Shown here piece by piece: positions 36,665 through 49,745 of a stretch of DNA of 64,000 nt. Under the pieces are notes generated by a model. It had not been told where the DNA came from. It saw only the letters and a program-made list of their open reading frames with translations, and searched no databases. The position numbers and the translations under genes are program-made. Position 1 is the stretch's first letter, and each line of letters opens with the position of its first letter. The stretch is from Macrostomum lignano (taxonomy: Eukaryota), in the NCBI GenBank assembly GCA_002269645.1, contig NIVC01001011.1:124001-188000 (forward strand), read 5' to 3'.

Positions 36665-39600
36665 TTAGAAATCGTTCTGCATCTTTGCGTCGCTATAATA
36701 GGCATTCAGATCGCGATTCAAAGCCGAGCCGGTGTTCTGCATATAGGCGTCCAGTTCTCTGTCCAGGGCCTCCTTGTTGGCTGCGGACCCGCCGCCTCCG
36801 CCACCACCGCCGCCACCGCGACTTCCACGACCGCCACGACCGCGGCTGCGTCCACGCTGACCGCCGCCGCCACCGCCGAAGCCGCGACCGCCGCGGCCGC
36901 CTCCGGCGCCGAAAGTCAATCGAGGATATCGCGGTGGGCCGCCGCCGCCTCCTCGACGTGGCCCACCGCCACCGCCAGCAGCGAAATTGGCGGCAACTGC
37001 GGACCGGTTCAGGCCGCCCAACCTGGGAGCCAAGTAGGTGAAAATCCACTGTTTGCCTTTGTTGGTTTGGGGGGATTCTCGTGTTGGTTGGGGGCGATTC
37101 TCGTGTTGGTTTGGGGCGTTTCTCGTGTTGGTTTGGAGGCGATTCTCGTCTTGGTTTGGGGGCGATTCTCGTGTTGGTTTGGGGGCGATTCTCTTGTTGG
37201 TTTGGGGGGATTCTCGTGTTGGTTTGGGGGGATTCTCGTGTTGGTTTGGGGGGATTCTCGTGTTGGTTTGGGGGCGATTCTGTTGGTTTGGGGGATTATC
37301 CTGTTGGTTTGGGGGCGATTCTCGCGTTGGTTTGGGGGCGATTCTCGTCTTGGTTTGGGGGCGATTTTCGTGTTGGTTTGGGGGCGATTTTCGTGTTGGT
37401 TTGGGGGCGATTCTCGTGTTGGTTTGGGGGCGATTCTCGTGCTGGTTTGGGGGCGATTCTCTTGTTGGTTTGGGGGCGATTCTCGTATTAGTTTAGGGGG
37501 ATTCTCGTGTTGGTTTGGGGCGATTCTCGTGCTGGTTTGGGGGCGATTCTCGTGTTGTTTTGGGGGCGATTCTCGTGTTGTTTTGGGGGGAGTCTCGTGT
37601 TGTTTTGGGGGGAGTCTCGTGTTGTTTTGGGGGGATTCTCGTGTTGGTTTTGGGGGATTCTCGTGTTGGTTTGGGGGCGATTCTCGTGTTGTTTTGGGAG
37701 GATTATCGTGTTGGTTTGGGGCGATTCTCGTGTTGTTTTGGGGGCGATTCTTGTGTTGGTTTGGGGGGGGGGGTTCTCGTGTTAGTTTCAGGGCGATTCT
37801 CGTGCTGGTTTGGGGGCGATTCTCGTATTAGTTTAGGGGGATTCTCGTGTTGGTTTGGGGCGATTCTCGTGCTGGTTTGGGGGCGATTCTCTTGTTGGTT
37901 TGGGGGCGATTCTCGTATTAGTTTAGGGGGATTCTCGTGTTGGTTTGGGGCGATTCTCGTGCTGGTTTGGGGGCGATTCTCTTGTTGGTTTGGGGGCGAT
38001 TCTCGTGTTGTTTTGGGGGCGATTCTCGTGTTGTTTTGGGGGGAGTCTCGTGTTGTTTTGGGGGGATTCTCGTGTTGGTTTTGGGGGATTCTCGTGCTGG
38101 TTTGGGGGCGATTCTCGTGCTGGTTTGGGGGCGATTCTCTTGTTGGTTTGGGGGCGATTCTCGTATTAGTTTAGGGGGATTCTCGTGTTGGTTTGGGGCG
38201 ATTCTCGTGCTGGTTTGGGGGCGATTCTCGTGCTGGTTTGGGGGCGATTCTCGTGCTGGTTTGGGGGCGATTCTCTTGTTGGTTTGGGGGCGATTCTCGT
38301 GTTGTTTTGGGGGAGTCTCGTGTTGTTTTGGGGGGATTCTCGTGTTGGTTTTGGGGGATTCTCGTGCTGGTTTGGGGGCGATTCTCGTGCTGGTTTGGGG
38401 GCGATTCTCGTGTTGTTTTGGGGGGAGTCTCGTGTTGTTTTGGGGGGATTCTCGTGTTGGTTTTGGGGGATTCTCGTGCTGGTTTGGGGGCGATTCTCTT
38501 GTTGGTTTGGGGGCGATTCTCGTATTAGTTTAGGGGGATTCTCGTGTTGGTTTGGGGCGATTCTCGTGCTGGTTTGGGGGCGATTCTCGTGCTGGTTTGG
38601 GGGCGATTCTCGTGCTGGTTTGGGGGCGATTCTCTTGTTGGTTTGGGGGCGATTCTCGTGTTGTTTTGGGGGGAGTCTCGTGTTGTTTTGGGGGATTCTC
38701 GTGTTGGTTTTGGGGGATTCTCGTGCTGGTTTGGGGGCGATTCTCGTGCTGGTTTGGGGGCGATTCTCGTGTTGTTTTGGGGGGAGTCTCGTGTTGTTTT
38801 GGGGGATTCTCGTGTTGGTTTTGGGGGATTCTCGTGCTGGTTTGGGGGCGATTCTCTTGTTGGTTTGGGGGCGATTCTCGTGCTGGTTTGGGGGCGATTC
38901 TCGTGCTGGTTTGGGGGCGATTCTCGTGTTGGTTTGGGGGCGATTCTCGTGCTGGTTTGGGGGCGATTCTCGTGCTGGTTTGGGGGCGATTCTCGTGTTG
39001 GTTTGGGGGGGGGTTCTCGTGTTAGTTTCAGGGCGATTCTCGGGCAGGTTTGGGTTGAATAATTACTAGACTTGTTTTATAATGACGTTTCATAAGAGCA
39101 GAATTACCACACTGTTCTACTAACAGTAGGACAGACCTGACTGGTACGTAAATTGTATTAGCAATGATTAAATTCATAGACTGCTAACCTAGAAGTTATC
39201 CTTCCTCGTCCTCTGAAACCGCCCCGCTGCTGACCGTACGACACCGACTGGAAGCCGCCTCTGCCGCCGGCTTCGGCGCTGCGACGTTCAACTCGACCGT
39301 CCTGAACTCCGCGCAGGCGCTGGTCGTACATGAAGCCGTCGCCGCCTCCTCCGCCATTCAAACGGCGAGAGCCAGCGAAACCGGCGCGACCGAACGAAGT
39401 TGGCCCAGCTCGTTGCTGCTGGACCTGTTGCCGACCTTGACGGCTCTGCAGCTGCGTGAATCTGCATTGAATTGGAGAATATAAAATAATAACATGTACT
39501 CAACTCACCATGGTGGGGGCAATGATAAAGTCAAGGACTAAAGGGTTTAATGAAGCTTCCAATTGGGCGATGGTGACTACTGAAGGTTCAGGTGGGGTAA

Positions 39601-39891
39601 TAGTGACTACTGAAGGTTCAGATGGGGCGATTGTGACTACTGAAGGTTCAGATGGGGTGATGGCACCTACTGAAGGTTCAGGTGGAGTGATAGTGACTAC
39701 TGAAGGTTCAGATGGGGTGATGGTGACTACTGAAGGTTCAGATGGGGTGATGGCACCTACTGAAGGTTCAGGTGGAGTGATGGCAACTACTGAATGATCA
39801 AGCAAGGTGAATAAGAACAAGCATACCTATCATTCAGAGTCCTGCTTGTACCATCGCCTAGCTTAACTTTAACAGGCAGTCTACCAGCCAT
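36665..39891 (-). CDS. CHTOP: CHTOP/FOP-like RGG-rich chromatin and mRNA-export protein, exons 39891-39827, 39461-39189, 37022-36665 (231 aa)
   Basis: N-terminus MAGRLPVKVKLGDGTSRTLNDR|FTQ resembles CHTOP PKVVLK..SLNERFT. RG/RGG-rich middle. C-terminal duplicated motif KEALDRELDAYM..LNRDLNAYY (FoP duplication). Both introns phase 2 GT-AG; 696 nt total. Confidence 0.88.
37058..39052. repeat. 22-23-bp minisatellite TTCTCGTGTTGGTTTGGGGGCGA, ~85-90 copies, fills CHTOP intron 2
   Basis: Period measured (37385 to 37408). The many GGDSRV/WGRFSC ORFs are artefacts. Confidence 0.98.
39553..39795. repeat. 30-bp minisatellite TGGTGACTACTGAAGGTTCAGATGGGGTGA, ~8 copies, in CHTOP intron 1
   Basis: Direct reading. 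Confidence 0.95.
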
Positions 39892-41986
39892 TGTTTAGGT
39901 TAGGTGTGAGCTGCCTACTGAAAAAAAGAGAATTATATTTTATCATAAGTAAAATAATAAGTAGCAGACAAGCCAAAAAATATTTATATAATTTTACACA
40001 TTATGTATATAACATATGTTAAAAAATTAAGAGAAAGACAAGAACTTTTTAACTTGTAATATAATGTTCAATATATATTTTTTCTAATGGCCAATGTTTT
40101 ACTATCATACATTCTTATTGATTCTTATTTAATCATAAAAATCAAAATTTGTCATTTTTTAAATAAACTGGATTTTAAACTATTGTTTCACTTAATCTTA
40201 ATAGCTAGTTTTTTAGTATAAGTCTTAACTCATTAATTGAAATTTTGGGATGGGATTTTTTTATTTGCAATAGAGTAATATTATTTCAATAATAATAGAG
40301 AAATTATAGATTTCTTGAATCTACTCTTCCAATCTAGATATATCTTCTAGTTTTTAAGGTAATGCTATATTCTGATATTCTTAACATTTTTTATTCTTCA
40401 AGCATTGAGAATCTAAGACACTATATCAGTTACATAGCATGTAACAACTATATAATATGATTCAATAGTATCAATATACAATATTTTAGCAATCCCATTA
40501 AACACTTTGTTATGCAACCTATGCTTCAAATACTATATATCTTAACTATTAGATTAAATAAAAATGACAATTACCATTCAAAATTTTATATAACAATCAA
40601 TCTGTTTCCAAAAATAGATTGGCATGATAAACATAGATAAAAAAGAGATATTAAACATTGCTTGATACAAGAGGTATCCAAAAAGTAGTGATACTTTTGC
40701 TTACATACTCATAGCTTTACTGCATACTTGAAAATCAACAACTTTGATATTGTTAAAAAGCAGAAAAATCAGCTTTAATGTGACAAAAAATCATTCTTAT
40801 ACATTGTTTTAAAAATAGTTATTACTGTCTATTTGAGCTAAGGTGATCTATACACTTACAAAAAACTTTACAATCAACCTTGATAAATAAATTGCCATGC
40901 AACTTATTGCCTTGGCTCTGTAAATAGTAAATCTCCTATCCACATTTCCAATGGTCTATAATGCATAAATTGTATGTTGCTACCCTACTTTTGAATATGT
41001 ACCTATAACTATTGGTTGAGCTAGTCTTAAAAAAGTAAACACTTGTGCAACAAGAAGAAAAGCTGGCAGTGCAAAGACTTTTTGGCACTCATTATTTGCA
41101 CAGTACCATGTAAATACTACTGTTGTTATTTACATGGTAACTAAAATAAATACTATAGTTTTATATACTCTATAGTGCTATTGCTTATAGTTATAAAATA
41201 GTCCAGTTACATTTGACTACAAATCTATCCTCTTGAAGGCAAATGAGTTGCATTCTCATTTTTTCCTTTGAAACACTCTTTGTTGCATTACTAATAGTGA
41301 AAGCTAATAAAAAATCCTATATACTAAAAAGTTTGTCAGTATCTATGTGATCAATTAGAAAAAAATGGCTTAACCAGTTTTGTTCAAACTTTGCACCATT
41401 CAATCAAATTTTTTTGGTGACAGTATATGCATTGTAATTAAGAAAGTGCTCAATGCTAAAGGGATTAAATATTTGAAAAACATGCTTTTTCAACTTGAAA
41501 TATATTGTAAGAATGCTAAAGAAAAAATGATTGGTTTAATTCTAGGCTATAAACATGTCATACCAAAACTTCATTTATTGCCTTTAGTTAGTTTAAAATC
41601 ATTATGAAAATAAAGATATAGGGACAAATATTGAGTAGTCCCTAATAAAAATTTTATTAGGCCTATATTTATTTCAATTACTATGTAAATAAAATAACCC
41701 TAGCAATATTAACAAAATAAATATGCAAATAATGATTGCCACAAATTTTACCATAGATAAAACAGGAAAGCTTATATGCTTGTAAAATGTTACTTCACTT
41801 GTTTGATTTATATTTAGTATATTTAGATTTTAGCTCTAAAGCTTTATAAACCTATAAGGCATATTAAAAACTCAAAAAGGTTAATTATATAGTTTTTTGT
41901 AAATATATAAACCACTCTACTTAAAGAAATAGGTATAAAAAACAAAAAATACCTATCCTAAATTTTTATCTTAGGCCTATCTATAA

Positions 41987-44096
41987 GGTAACTGGTCATT
42001 TTGCCCATAAACCATTTTGGCCATGGACCATTTGCCTCCAATTTGCCTCTGACTGTTTTATACTTTATCATGGTTTTACACTTTGTGCTTTGATTGTAAA
42101 TTTTGGTAACAAATCTTATACTTTTAGTATTTTTGGCTTTATCTTGCTTGTAACCGAGAAACCCTTTCTCACCCTCTGATTATATAAATTGGCTTTAATT
42201 GTTGCACTTTTGAAAGGAATGACTTTAAAAAAACTTGTAATAATTTACAATTGTAATAAACAAAATTGCAATAATGTAATAACACAATTGTTGTGGCAAC
42301 AATGTATGGCTATATCTCTAGTTAATACATAATAACCATTTTGGCCAAAGCACCCATTGCCAAACTGGTTTATCGGCAAAATGGACTAGGGGCAAAATGG
42401 TCTGGGGCAAAATGTCCATGGCTGAAACGAATACAGGACAGTTGGGTAACAGCAAGGACAGTTCAGTAACATATTCAAGACAGTTTGGTAACATTTTCCA
42501 GGACAGTTTGGTAATGCCAGAAGATGACCATGTACATATTGCCAAGTTTTTATAAAATAATGATGCATTTTATTTATTAATGCATTATTTTTGTACAATA
42601 ATTATGATAGAGGTGCAATGTATTTTGAGAGACACATAGACAAACACTGTTATAATTCATGCAACCATAACAATGCAAAGTTAGTTTATTTTGGAAGTTG
42701 GTAACTTTTGTTTGGATTTTTTTGTGATACACAGAGCTCGTCTACATTGATTTGAAAACAAAAGCAATTTGCAGAACATATATAAGATACTGTAGCTACA
42801 CTAAAATACAAGTATCACTTGTAAAGTATGTATAATAATTGTTTTTTAAGAACAAAGTATAACATAGTGAAGCAAATATGACTCATACATGTACATAAAA
42901 GTTACAGCTCATTCAAATACAAACAATTACACTGTAGCACAATGTAAAAAATGTAAATATTTATGCATTGTTCACAGTTACGCAATGCTCACAAAAGCAT
43001 TCCATTATCTTTGTCTTATCCCACTCTTCTGAATTTCTGCTTCAACCTCTGGGACAGAGAACTTGAAAAAAAGACAACAACAGCCTAGTATAAAATTCTA
43101 TATCAAATCTACATCAATATTCATTTCATTTTCATAGATAATGGAAATATGACCAAAAAGTGTTTAAGATCATAGAAATTCAATAGGGTGCACTTTTTAA
43201 AAATAAAAGTATATATGCATTCACAAAAAATACTTTAAATATTTCTTTAATTTTTAAATAGATTAAAATTTTCTGGAAAAAACTTCCTTCCTAGCTTCTT
43301 TTCTATCTCTCTTTCTTTCAGTATTCTTTGTCAATTTTCTCTTTCTATTGTCCCTGCTTTTGCTGCTAACTTTTGATAGAAATTAGATTAAGTGCAATCA
43401 TGGTACGCATGCCATATTGTGGAAGGTTTTTTGTGTACGCCAGACACATTTTTATTGAATTTTCAATTGTATGCCAACAGATTTTAAATGTACACCAACT
43501 TAAAAAATGGTAAAAAAATCAACAAATATTTAAATTTAAACTTAAACTACGAAAAATTGATAACATGACGATTGTTGTGACAATTCTGGCAATTAAAATG
43601 ATTAGTAAATGAGAAAATAGTAGCAGAAAAAATGGTTTTTGAAATAACTTAACACAGAAAAAGCACAAAAAATTCTTTATATTAATTTCTACACCAGTTG
43701 CCATACACCACACTGTATGCCACACTGTACACAGCCAAGAAATGTACACTGGTGTATGCCACTGAAATCAAGTGTACACTGGAATTTTACGGCATATATC
43801 CCACCATCTACAAAATGGTGCACATGGCATTGGTGAGTTCAAAAACGTTGTTTGTTGCATTCAATATAACAAATTTAAACATGTGAATAATACCTGTTGA
43901 TGTATAAATTGATAGTATCTAATTGACTTATTGTAATTTATTTATGCTACTTACTCTCAATAAGCTTGTTACTGAATCATCCACAACTTGTTACTAAACT
44001 GTTCTTGGTGTTAACAAACTGTCTATTATCAAACTGTCTATTACCAAATTGTCCTGTCCTTGCTAAAATGGTTTGGGGGCAAAACAACCAGAATTC
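41987..44096. mobile_element. Non-autonomous DNA transposon, 2,110 bp, imperfect ~35-bp TIRs, 8-bp TSD
   Basis: Left end GGTAACTGGTCATTTTGCCCATAAACCATTTTGGC vs reverse complement of right end GAATTCTGGTTGTTTTGCCCCCAAACCATTTTAGC. TSD ATCTATAA at 41979-41986 and 44097-44104. Subterminal GGCAAAATG and GACAGTTTGGTAA motifs. Confidence 0.75.
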
Positions 44097-44777
44097 ATCT
44101 ATAAAAGATAAAGACTAAAATATAGAATAGATTAGGTTAGATCTAAGATCTAAGATCTAATAGATCAGCAACTATTGAACTAATTAGTTATAACAAATGA
44201 TAAATAATGATCATAGGCATAAACATTCTAATTGATGCTATGCAATATGCTAATTAGCATTAATTTAGATTTAGTCACTAACTATTTACTTAAAAAAACA
44301 AGATTTTTGGATTTTAAGAATATTAGTTGTTTTTTTAATTAGAATGCAAATCTCTTAATTAAATTTTACTAGGTAATTTGGTTCAATCAAGATAAAAAAC
44401 AAGCATAAAACCTTTGAAAGCAACAGCCTATTTATTTTGAAATTTGAGTTTAATATTATGTATATGCATGAATTGATTCATTATGCATGAATTGCAATTT
44501 AATCCTAATATATAGGCCTATACATCTAATAGGCTTTTCTTTTTTGGCCCATGAATTGCTAGATATTTAATTGGTCTAGGTCCTATATTTTATAAATGTA
44601 GGGGGCCTAGGTCGCTAAAACTCAAAAAACTTTTAATTAGGATCCTAAATTTCCATTTTTCCTAGGACTAGGTCTAGCCGTCTAGGTCCCAATTATGTCA
44701 TATAGAAAATAGAAAGCACCACGAGTCTTCACTTTATTACTACTTACTTACTAGGCCTAATACAACGTTTAGAAATC

Positions 44778-45327
44778 AGTAATCTTTCCTTACCCGACCG
44801 TAAATTATTTTCGGCTTCCTGTTTCAGTTTCTTTGAAATTTTTTGGCTGAAGTTGTGTATATATGTGGGGCGCACATTTTAAGAAAAGAAAAAAATGTTT
44901 TTAATTTTAGATTTTTTAATTTTTTAATAATTTTTCTCAAAAATTATTTCTCATGTCTTTAACGTGTTTTCCGCATCCTTTCAGCAATGGCTGGTCGACC
45001 TCGAGCCCCAACAACCATTGTACCCTAGAATTCGGTCATTCCGGCTGACCAGCTGCTGCAGGCCCTGGCCCTGAAGCTGCAAGATGTCCACAGGAGGACG
45101 GACACAATGGACGATACAATAAACTGGCTGGCAACCCTTGGCCTGCTCTGTAACACCATGCACCATGCAGGTAAGGAAAGATTACCTGGGTAAATGGCAG
45201 GAGTAACTACGTCGTATGATTGTCTTATTAAGGCAAAATGTCTCATTAGCTACTTAGTACTACTTGGGTATTTAAAACTGAAACAGGAAGCCGAAAATAA
45301 TTTACGGTCGGGTAAGGAAAGATTACC
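44778..45327 (+). mobile_element. Merlin/ISXO2-like internally deleted DNA transposon, 550 bp
   Basis: Perfect 52-bp inverted repeats at 44779-44830 and 45275-45326. Near-perfect 8-bp TSD TAGAAATC / TAGAATTC. Internal fragment IPADQLLQALALKLQDVHRRTDTMDDTINWLATLGLLCNTMH resembles the Merlin transposase N-terminus (family assignment is inference). Confidence 0.65.
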
Positions 45328-46009
45328 TAGAATTCTAGATAATTTGATTTTTTAGTTTTAGTACCTTGGATTATGTAGGCCTAGTAATGGATAAAATAAA
45401 TTCTTTTTCAAAAACTGTTGAATTCTAAGAAATTGATCAACGCTGAAAGTTTGGATTTCATTTTCGGTTTTGCAAGTCTGCTGTGGTAATGGGCTACCAT
45501 GTTGTTTCTTACCCTTTTTGGGTGCCATATCGAAGTCCCTTTGCAAGTAATTTTTTGTGTCTTATTTCCATAAAAGGTCCACACAGTGAAATTTTGTTAT
45601 AACTTCCATCTCAATCAATACATCCGGATCCGAAGCTGCGGAAGCTTCCACTCAAACTAGGGCGGAGATCCGTAGGCGGAGAGGGAACTGAGCCTGCCCA
45701 CTGAAGTCCTAGCTCAGGATAGTCTAGATGGATCGGGCAGGACAGGAGGGGAGGAAGGGGAGATGGAGGAGGGAGGCTAATGGGAAGACTCCCATCGAAC
45801 CGCGGACCTCCACTACTGTATGCGCGCGAGGCGGCAAGAGGCAACCGACAGTTTTCATAACCAGGAAGGACGCACATATGGGTCTCCGCCAGGAGCGTCT
45901 CTACCTCTGCTAAACAGCGCGAGCTCCGGAAAGTTTGCAGTCAATCGAGAGCGAGCTTCCTTCCGTGGGCCTCGTAGTATAGTAGTGATGCTGACACCCT
46001 AAGGCGCCC

Positions 46010-46310
46010 GGACGGCATCGGCTTTACAGCTATCCTGGGAGCTCTGAGGCCCGCTGATGCGGCGTTATCCACACGAAAGCTTCGAATCAACGTCGTCTTT
46101 GGAAGCTTCGCATATCCGATCTACTGCACGTGCCCTCTCCCCGTGGCAGCTACGTCAGCTAGCGCGAGCAGGGAATTGGTGGGACTCGAAGCGGGTAGCA
46201 AGGCTGAGCAGGCGCGGCGGAGCCGTGCAGGGGGGGGGGCAGGGTGGGCATGCAATTGATGAGGACGCACTTTTTTCTAAATTTCACGCTCGCACATGGG
46301 TTCCAAAGTT
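46010..46310 (+). pseudogene. Heavily degraded DIRS/Ngaro-type RNase H remnant
   Basis: Fragments GIGFTAILG, GNWWDSKRV and KFHARTWVP loosely follow the GFGA..G / WG..W..KRV / F.A.HVPG pattern. Confidence 0.3.
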
Positions 46311-46894
46311 GCTAGCCTACCAACAGCAGGCTATGGGCGTTTTTCTCCCTTTCTATTTTTTCTAGAATTCATACTAGTAGGACTTCTGTAGCTATATTAA
46401 TCTGCCATACTTGTAGTTATAGCTCGTAATAACATAGGCGCGGTTTTTTGCTGCTTTTGGGTAATAAATCATTGCGTCTGAGCTGGTCTGACAGCTACTA
46501 CCTGCACCTCGCTCAATGCGGAGGCTGGCGCCAGATGGTCTGAGAGGATACGGGCGGTGGCTTTTCTCTTATCATTTTGACAGGCCATCAAGATTTATGA
46601 GGTCAGGGCCTATTGTTCGTGTTCACTCAAGCGTGTGACAGCTTTGACAGCTATGTGTTTAACCCCTAAAAGTAAGTTGGGATTAGCGATTAGCGGTTTC
46701 TCTTCATTATCCTCACTTGTATTTAATAAGAGCTTTCTAATGTATATTTTTTCATTATTTTTTGTCATTTCTACGCGAAAGGTCAGAAATCATTATGTAG
46801 CGATTTTGAGTGATTTATGACCACACCTGTCGTATTTTTATGGCCCCGAGGGAACTGATAGGATCTCTTGGTCATGTGAGTTTGGGTGGCAACA

Positions 46895-47002
46895 AGCTCA
46901 GCCAATCAGAAAATTCGACGTGCGTTATAACAAATCGGCTCAGCCAATCAGAATCGAGGTGTTCCATTATAACAAACTGCCGTCCAGTTGGCGGCTATTT
47001 AA
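46895..47002 (+). promoter_or_regulatory. Pol II promoter-like module: duplicated CCAAT box unit plus TATA-like box, probably a retroelement terminal repeat
   Basis: GCTCAGCCAATCAGAA...TTATAACAAA occurs twice, followed by TATTTAAA at ~46996. Confidence 0.45.
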
Positions 47003-47899
47003 ACCGGTGTTTTTGGCCCGCTCGGACCCAACCTGGTGCCGCTCTCTGGAACCTCCTGCTCCGCCTCCTGGGACTTTGGCCTAACTTAGACCTCCCGGAG
47101 CTCGACCGTCGTCTCTTGATCCCCGGATCGCGACTTCCCCCATCATCATCAAGGACGAATAATCCCCCCCCCGTTCGTCGAGTCTACAGCTGCGAAGCAC
47201 TAAGCCTATTCGGTCACTGTAGATTACCTGGTCTCCGGCTGTTGAGTTTCTGATTGGTTGGGTGAGAGGCTACCTGGACTTGCTTGATTGGGTGATTCCT
47301 TAGCTGTCCCCTATTTCAGTAGCTGGATTAGGCGCACACTTTTGCTCATTTTGTTCAGCAGTGCTGTTATCGAGGCAGAAATCACTTAATAATACTATTA
47401 GTAGTCTGAAACTCCAATTCAATCTGAAATGTTAAGTGATTTAAGGAGAAGGTTAAATCTGGCAGTTATTTTTATCGGTTTTTATTTCTTTGTTCGCCGA
47501 TGGCTCAGATGACTGGCTAAGCTAGTAGGCGCCGGTCATAGTGGACCAATGGCAAGGCGGTTCTCAGTCGATCAATCTATCAAATCAGTGAGCAAAAAAG
47601 CCAATAGTGCAAAATCGGCGCTAGAGATGTACTCTGTGCACTCTAGGTTCGCCAAGCGGCTCGGGTAATGAATCAGGCGGTCCCCGAAGACAGGCGTTTA
47701 CCTATTATCCACACTTGGGATACTGGGACTTAGAAGTTTAGAATCTTTACCAGCTAAAAGATTCCCCTATGCTAAGTCTGTTCCAGCACTAGACTGTTCA
47801 TGGCTTCAACAAATTACGCCCGGGACACTGGATTGTCCTTTGTACATGTATGCCTCGCATTGAGTCCCTTAATTAATTGGCCATTTTTAGTAAAATTTG

Positions 47900-48130
47900 G
47901 ATCAAGAACCTTTGTTACAGTCGGCCACAGGAAGTCCCGTATCGTTAGTGGAAGTTTTTACCGGGTGTACTCGTGCACAGTTGACTGATGACGGCCACAC
48001 CTCTGTACGGCGTGACCTTTAAACAACTCGGGCCCGCTATCTACATGTAGATGAGATCTTGGCCGCAATGTCAGCAACTGCACCATACAGAGGCGGACAA
48101 AGTCTAGGTGACGAGGCCCTGACGAGCTGT
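47900..48130 (+). pseudogene. Possible degraded N-terminal RT remnant of a tyrosine-recombinase retrotransposon
   Basis: RIVSGSF and GHTSVRRDL*TTRARYLHVDEIL loosely resemble GRIAGPF and SVND.I...Y.SVD.AV. Confidence 0.25.
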
Positions 48131-48739
48131 ACCTTTTAGCAATGGAGCCGAGGGGTTGCACAGGTGTTTTTTTGCAGCCCGGGTTACGTCAATTATATTA
48201 TATCATTTAGTCTTTATTCCCCGTTAGAAATATCAGATAAGTTTGGCCATGTCTTGCCCACTCAATATTTATCTTCTTCCGCCGCGCCTGAGGCCGAGCG
48301 CACTTCTGAGGACGGATCGACGACCAGCGCGCAACACAACAAGACGGTGCGGCCTGTTCCAGCAAGTAGTCGAAGCTGTCCGCACTGCCAAAAATTAGCC
48401 AACTGAGATGAGAGGCCGCCGGAACGTCCAGGCGCACGAGCTCGTTCAGGGGGGGGGGGCTGGGACGACGTCGCAGCTGGGCGCCCAACCCATCGGAGGC
48501 AAAGCCGACTGGAGACTGACCCACCTGCTTAGGCGGCTGGCTGCTCCATGCATCAGGATACTGGGCCGCTCTGAGGTGACGGAGGACCCCGCTGCCGGTG
48601 AATGAAGGGCAGCGATCGAATGCCTTCCGACTGGCCAGGGACCTTCTGCTGAGGAGGAGCCCATGGATACCGGTGACCCCGACCCGAATATCATGGTGAG
48701 CGCCGAGGAAGAGAAGAAGGCCTTAACGCCCGATCTGCA

Positions 48740-49520
48740 GGGAACCTGGTGCTTGCAAATCAACACCAAGCACTGTGTGGCGGCGTCAGTCTACCTGATA
48801 CGCAAGACAGAGCAACAAAGATCTCTGATCTTTGCTGCTAATTTTTTGAGACATGGATGAGACCTGATTTCTCGACTGGGGACATGCGTGTTGTCCAAAT
48901 CAATAGCCTTCTTCTCAATAAATCTACTCTTGTAGTATCCACCCTGTGCTTCAGAGCTTCGCCGAAGGAAGCTGCTCAGTGCGGTAGAGTAAACTTACTT
49001 TTCACTCGAGAAGCAAGCAGCTCCTCGGGCCCTCTGCCGTAGCACTACCAGCTTTGAATCTTCGAATTCGACTACAACGTCCATCTTATCGGGCTGGCGC
49101 AAGGTAACATACATGTATGCAGGTGAAGCTCAAATGTATTATGGGCCACGCTGGTTTCTTCGGCAACGAGTCTGCTGACCTGCTGACCAAGGCTGGCCTC
49201 CCCCGGCGCGCTTCTGGGAGCGGCCCAGGGGTCCCCATCCCCATCTCGGTGATCAACTTCCGCGTCAGGGGCTGAGCAGGACTCCGAGCATCTCCACAGA
49301 TGGCACACGACACTTGGAATTGCAGGCCATCCCGTACTGCTATCCCCTATCCCTCTCCTGTCCTGCGTAGAGCCCCCTTAGGCTCAACCGCAGGTATATC
49401 GCAGAGGCGTCAGGATGGCTCTCTCTTCTCTTGCCAACGTTTTCTTCAGGGCCAGGTATCTGAGGAGCGATGCCCCTTCTGTCGCTCAGGCAAAGAGAAC
49501 GCTGAGAACTTTATTTTTCT
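48740..49520 (+). pseudogene. Internally deleted non-LTR retrotransposon (R1/Loa/I-group-like) ORF2 remnant
   Basis: APE start CLQINTKHCVAAS. RNase H C-terminus VKLKCIMGHAGFFGNESADLLTKAG (~49120-49200), followed by GPGVPIPISVI. Degenerate zinc knuckle CPFCRSGKENAENF (~49470-49510). No RT between these parts. Confidence 0.65.
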
Positions 49521-49745
49521 GAGAACCACGACGGCAGGGCGGCCAGCGCCTGCTAACTGCGACGCATCTGGACCGCTTCCACCGCGAGAAATTTTCGGCG
49601 GCTTGCTTCAGAAAGGGTTCCTTCTCCACACAGCCTGCGCAGAGGTGGGTGACCTGGGCTGCCTTGCTCGGTCTCCCAGTGGCCGACATCATGCGTATAG
49701 GAGACTGGATCGGAGTGATGCCGTGCAGCGCTACCTGCCTCAGTT
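49520..49745 (+). pseudogene. Tyrosine recombinase C-terminal fragment (DIRS/Ngaro-type), frameshifted
   Basis: Frameshift-corrected reading LLTATHLDRF...GSFS(T)HSLRRGG(V)TWAALLGLPVADIMRIGDW-RSDAVQRYL contains the HxxR, W and catalytic Y motifs. Confidence 0.85.

Noticed and set aside
37038-39069. Many GGDSRV/WGRFSC ORFs
   Set aside because: Stop-free repeat on the antisense strand of a CHTOP intron.
39500-39820. Mucin-like (TPSEPSVV)n ORF
   Set aside because: In-frame 30-bp repeat inside CHTOP intron 1, bounded by canonical splice sites.
45358-45546. ORF beginning MAPKKGKK
   Set aside because: Short, no domain, no supporting splice chain.
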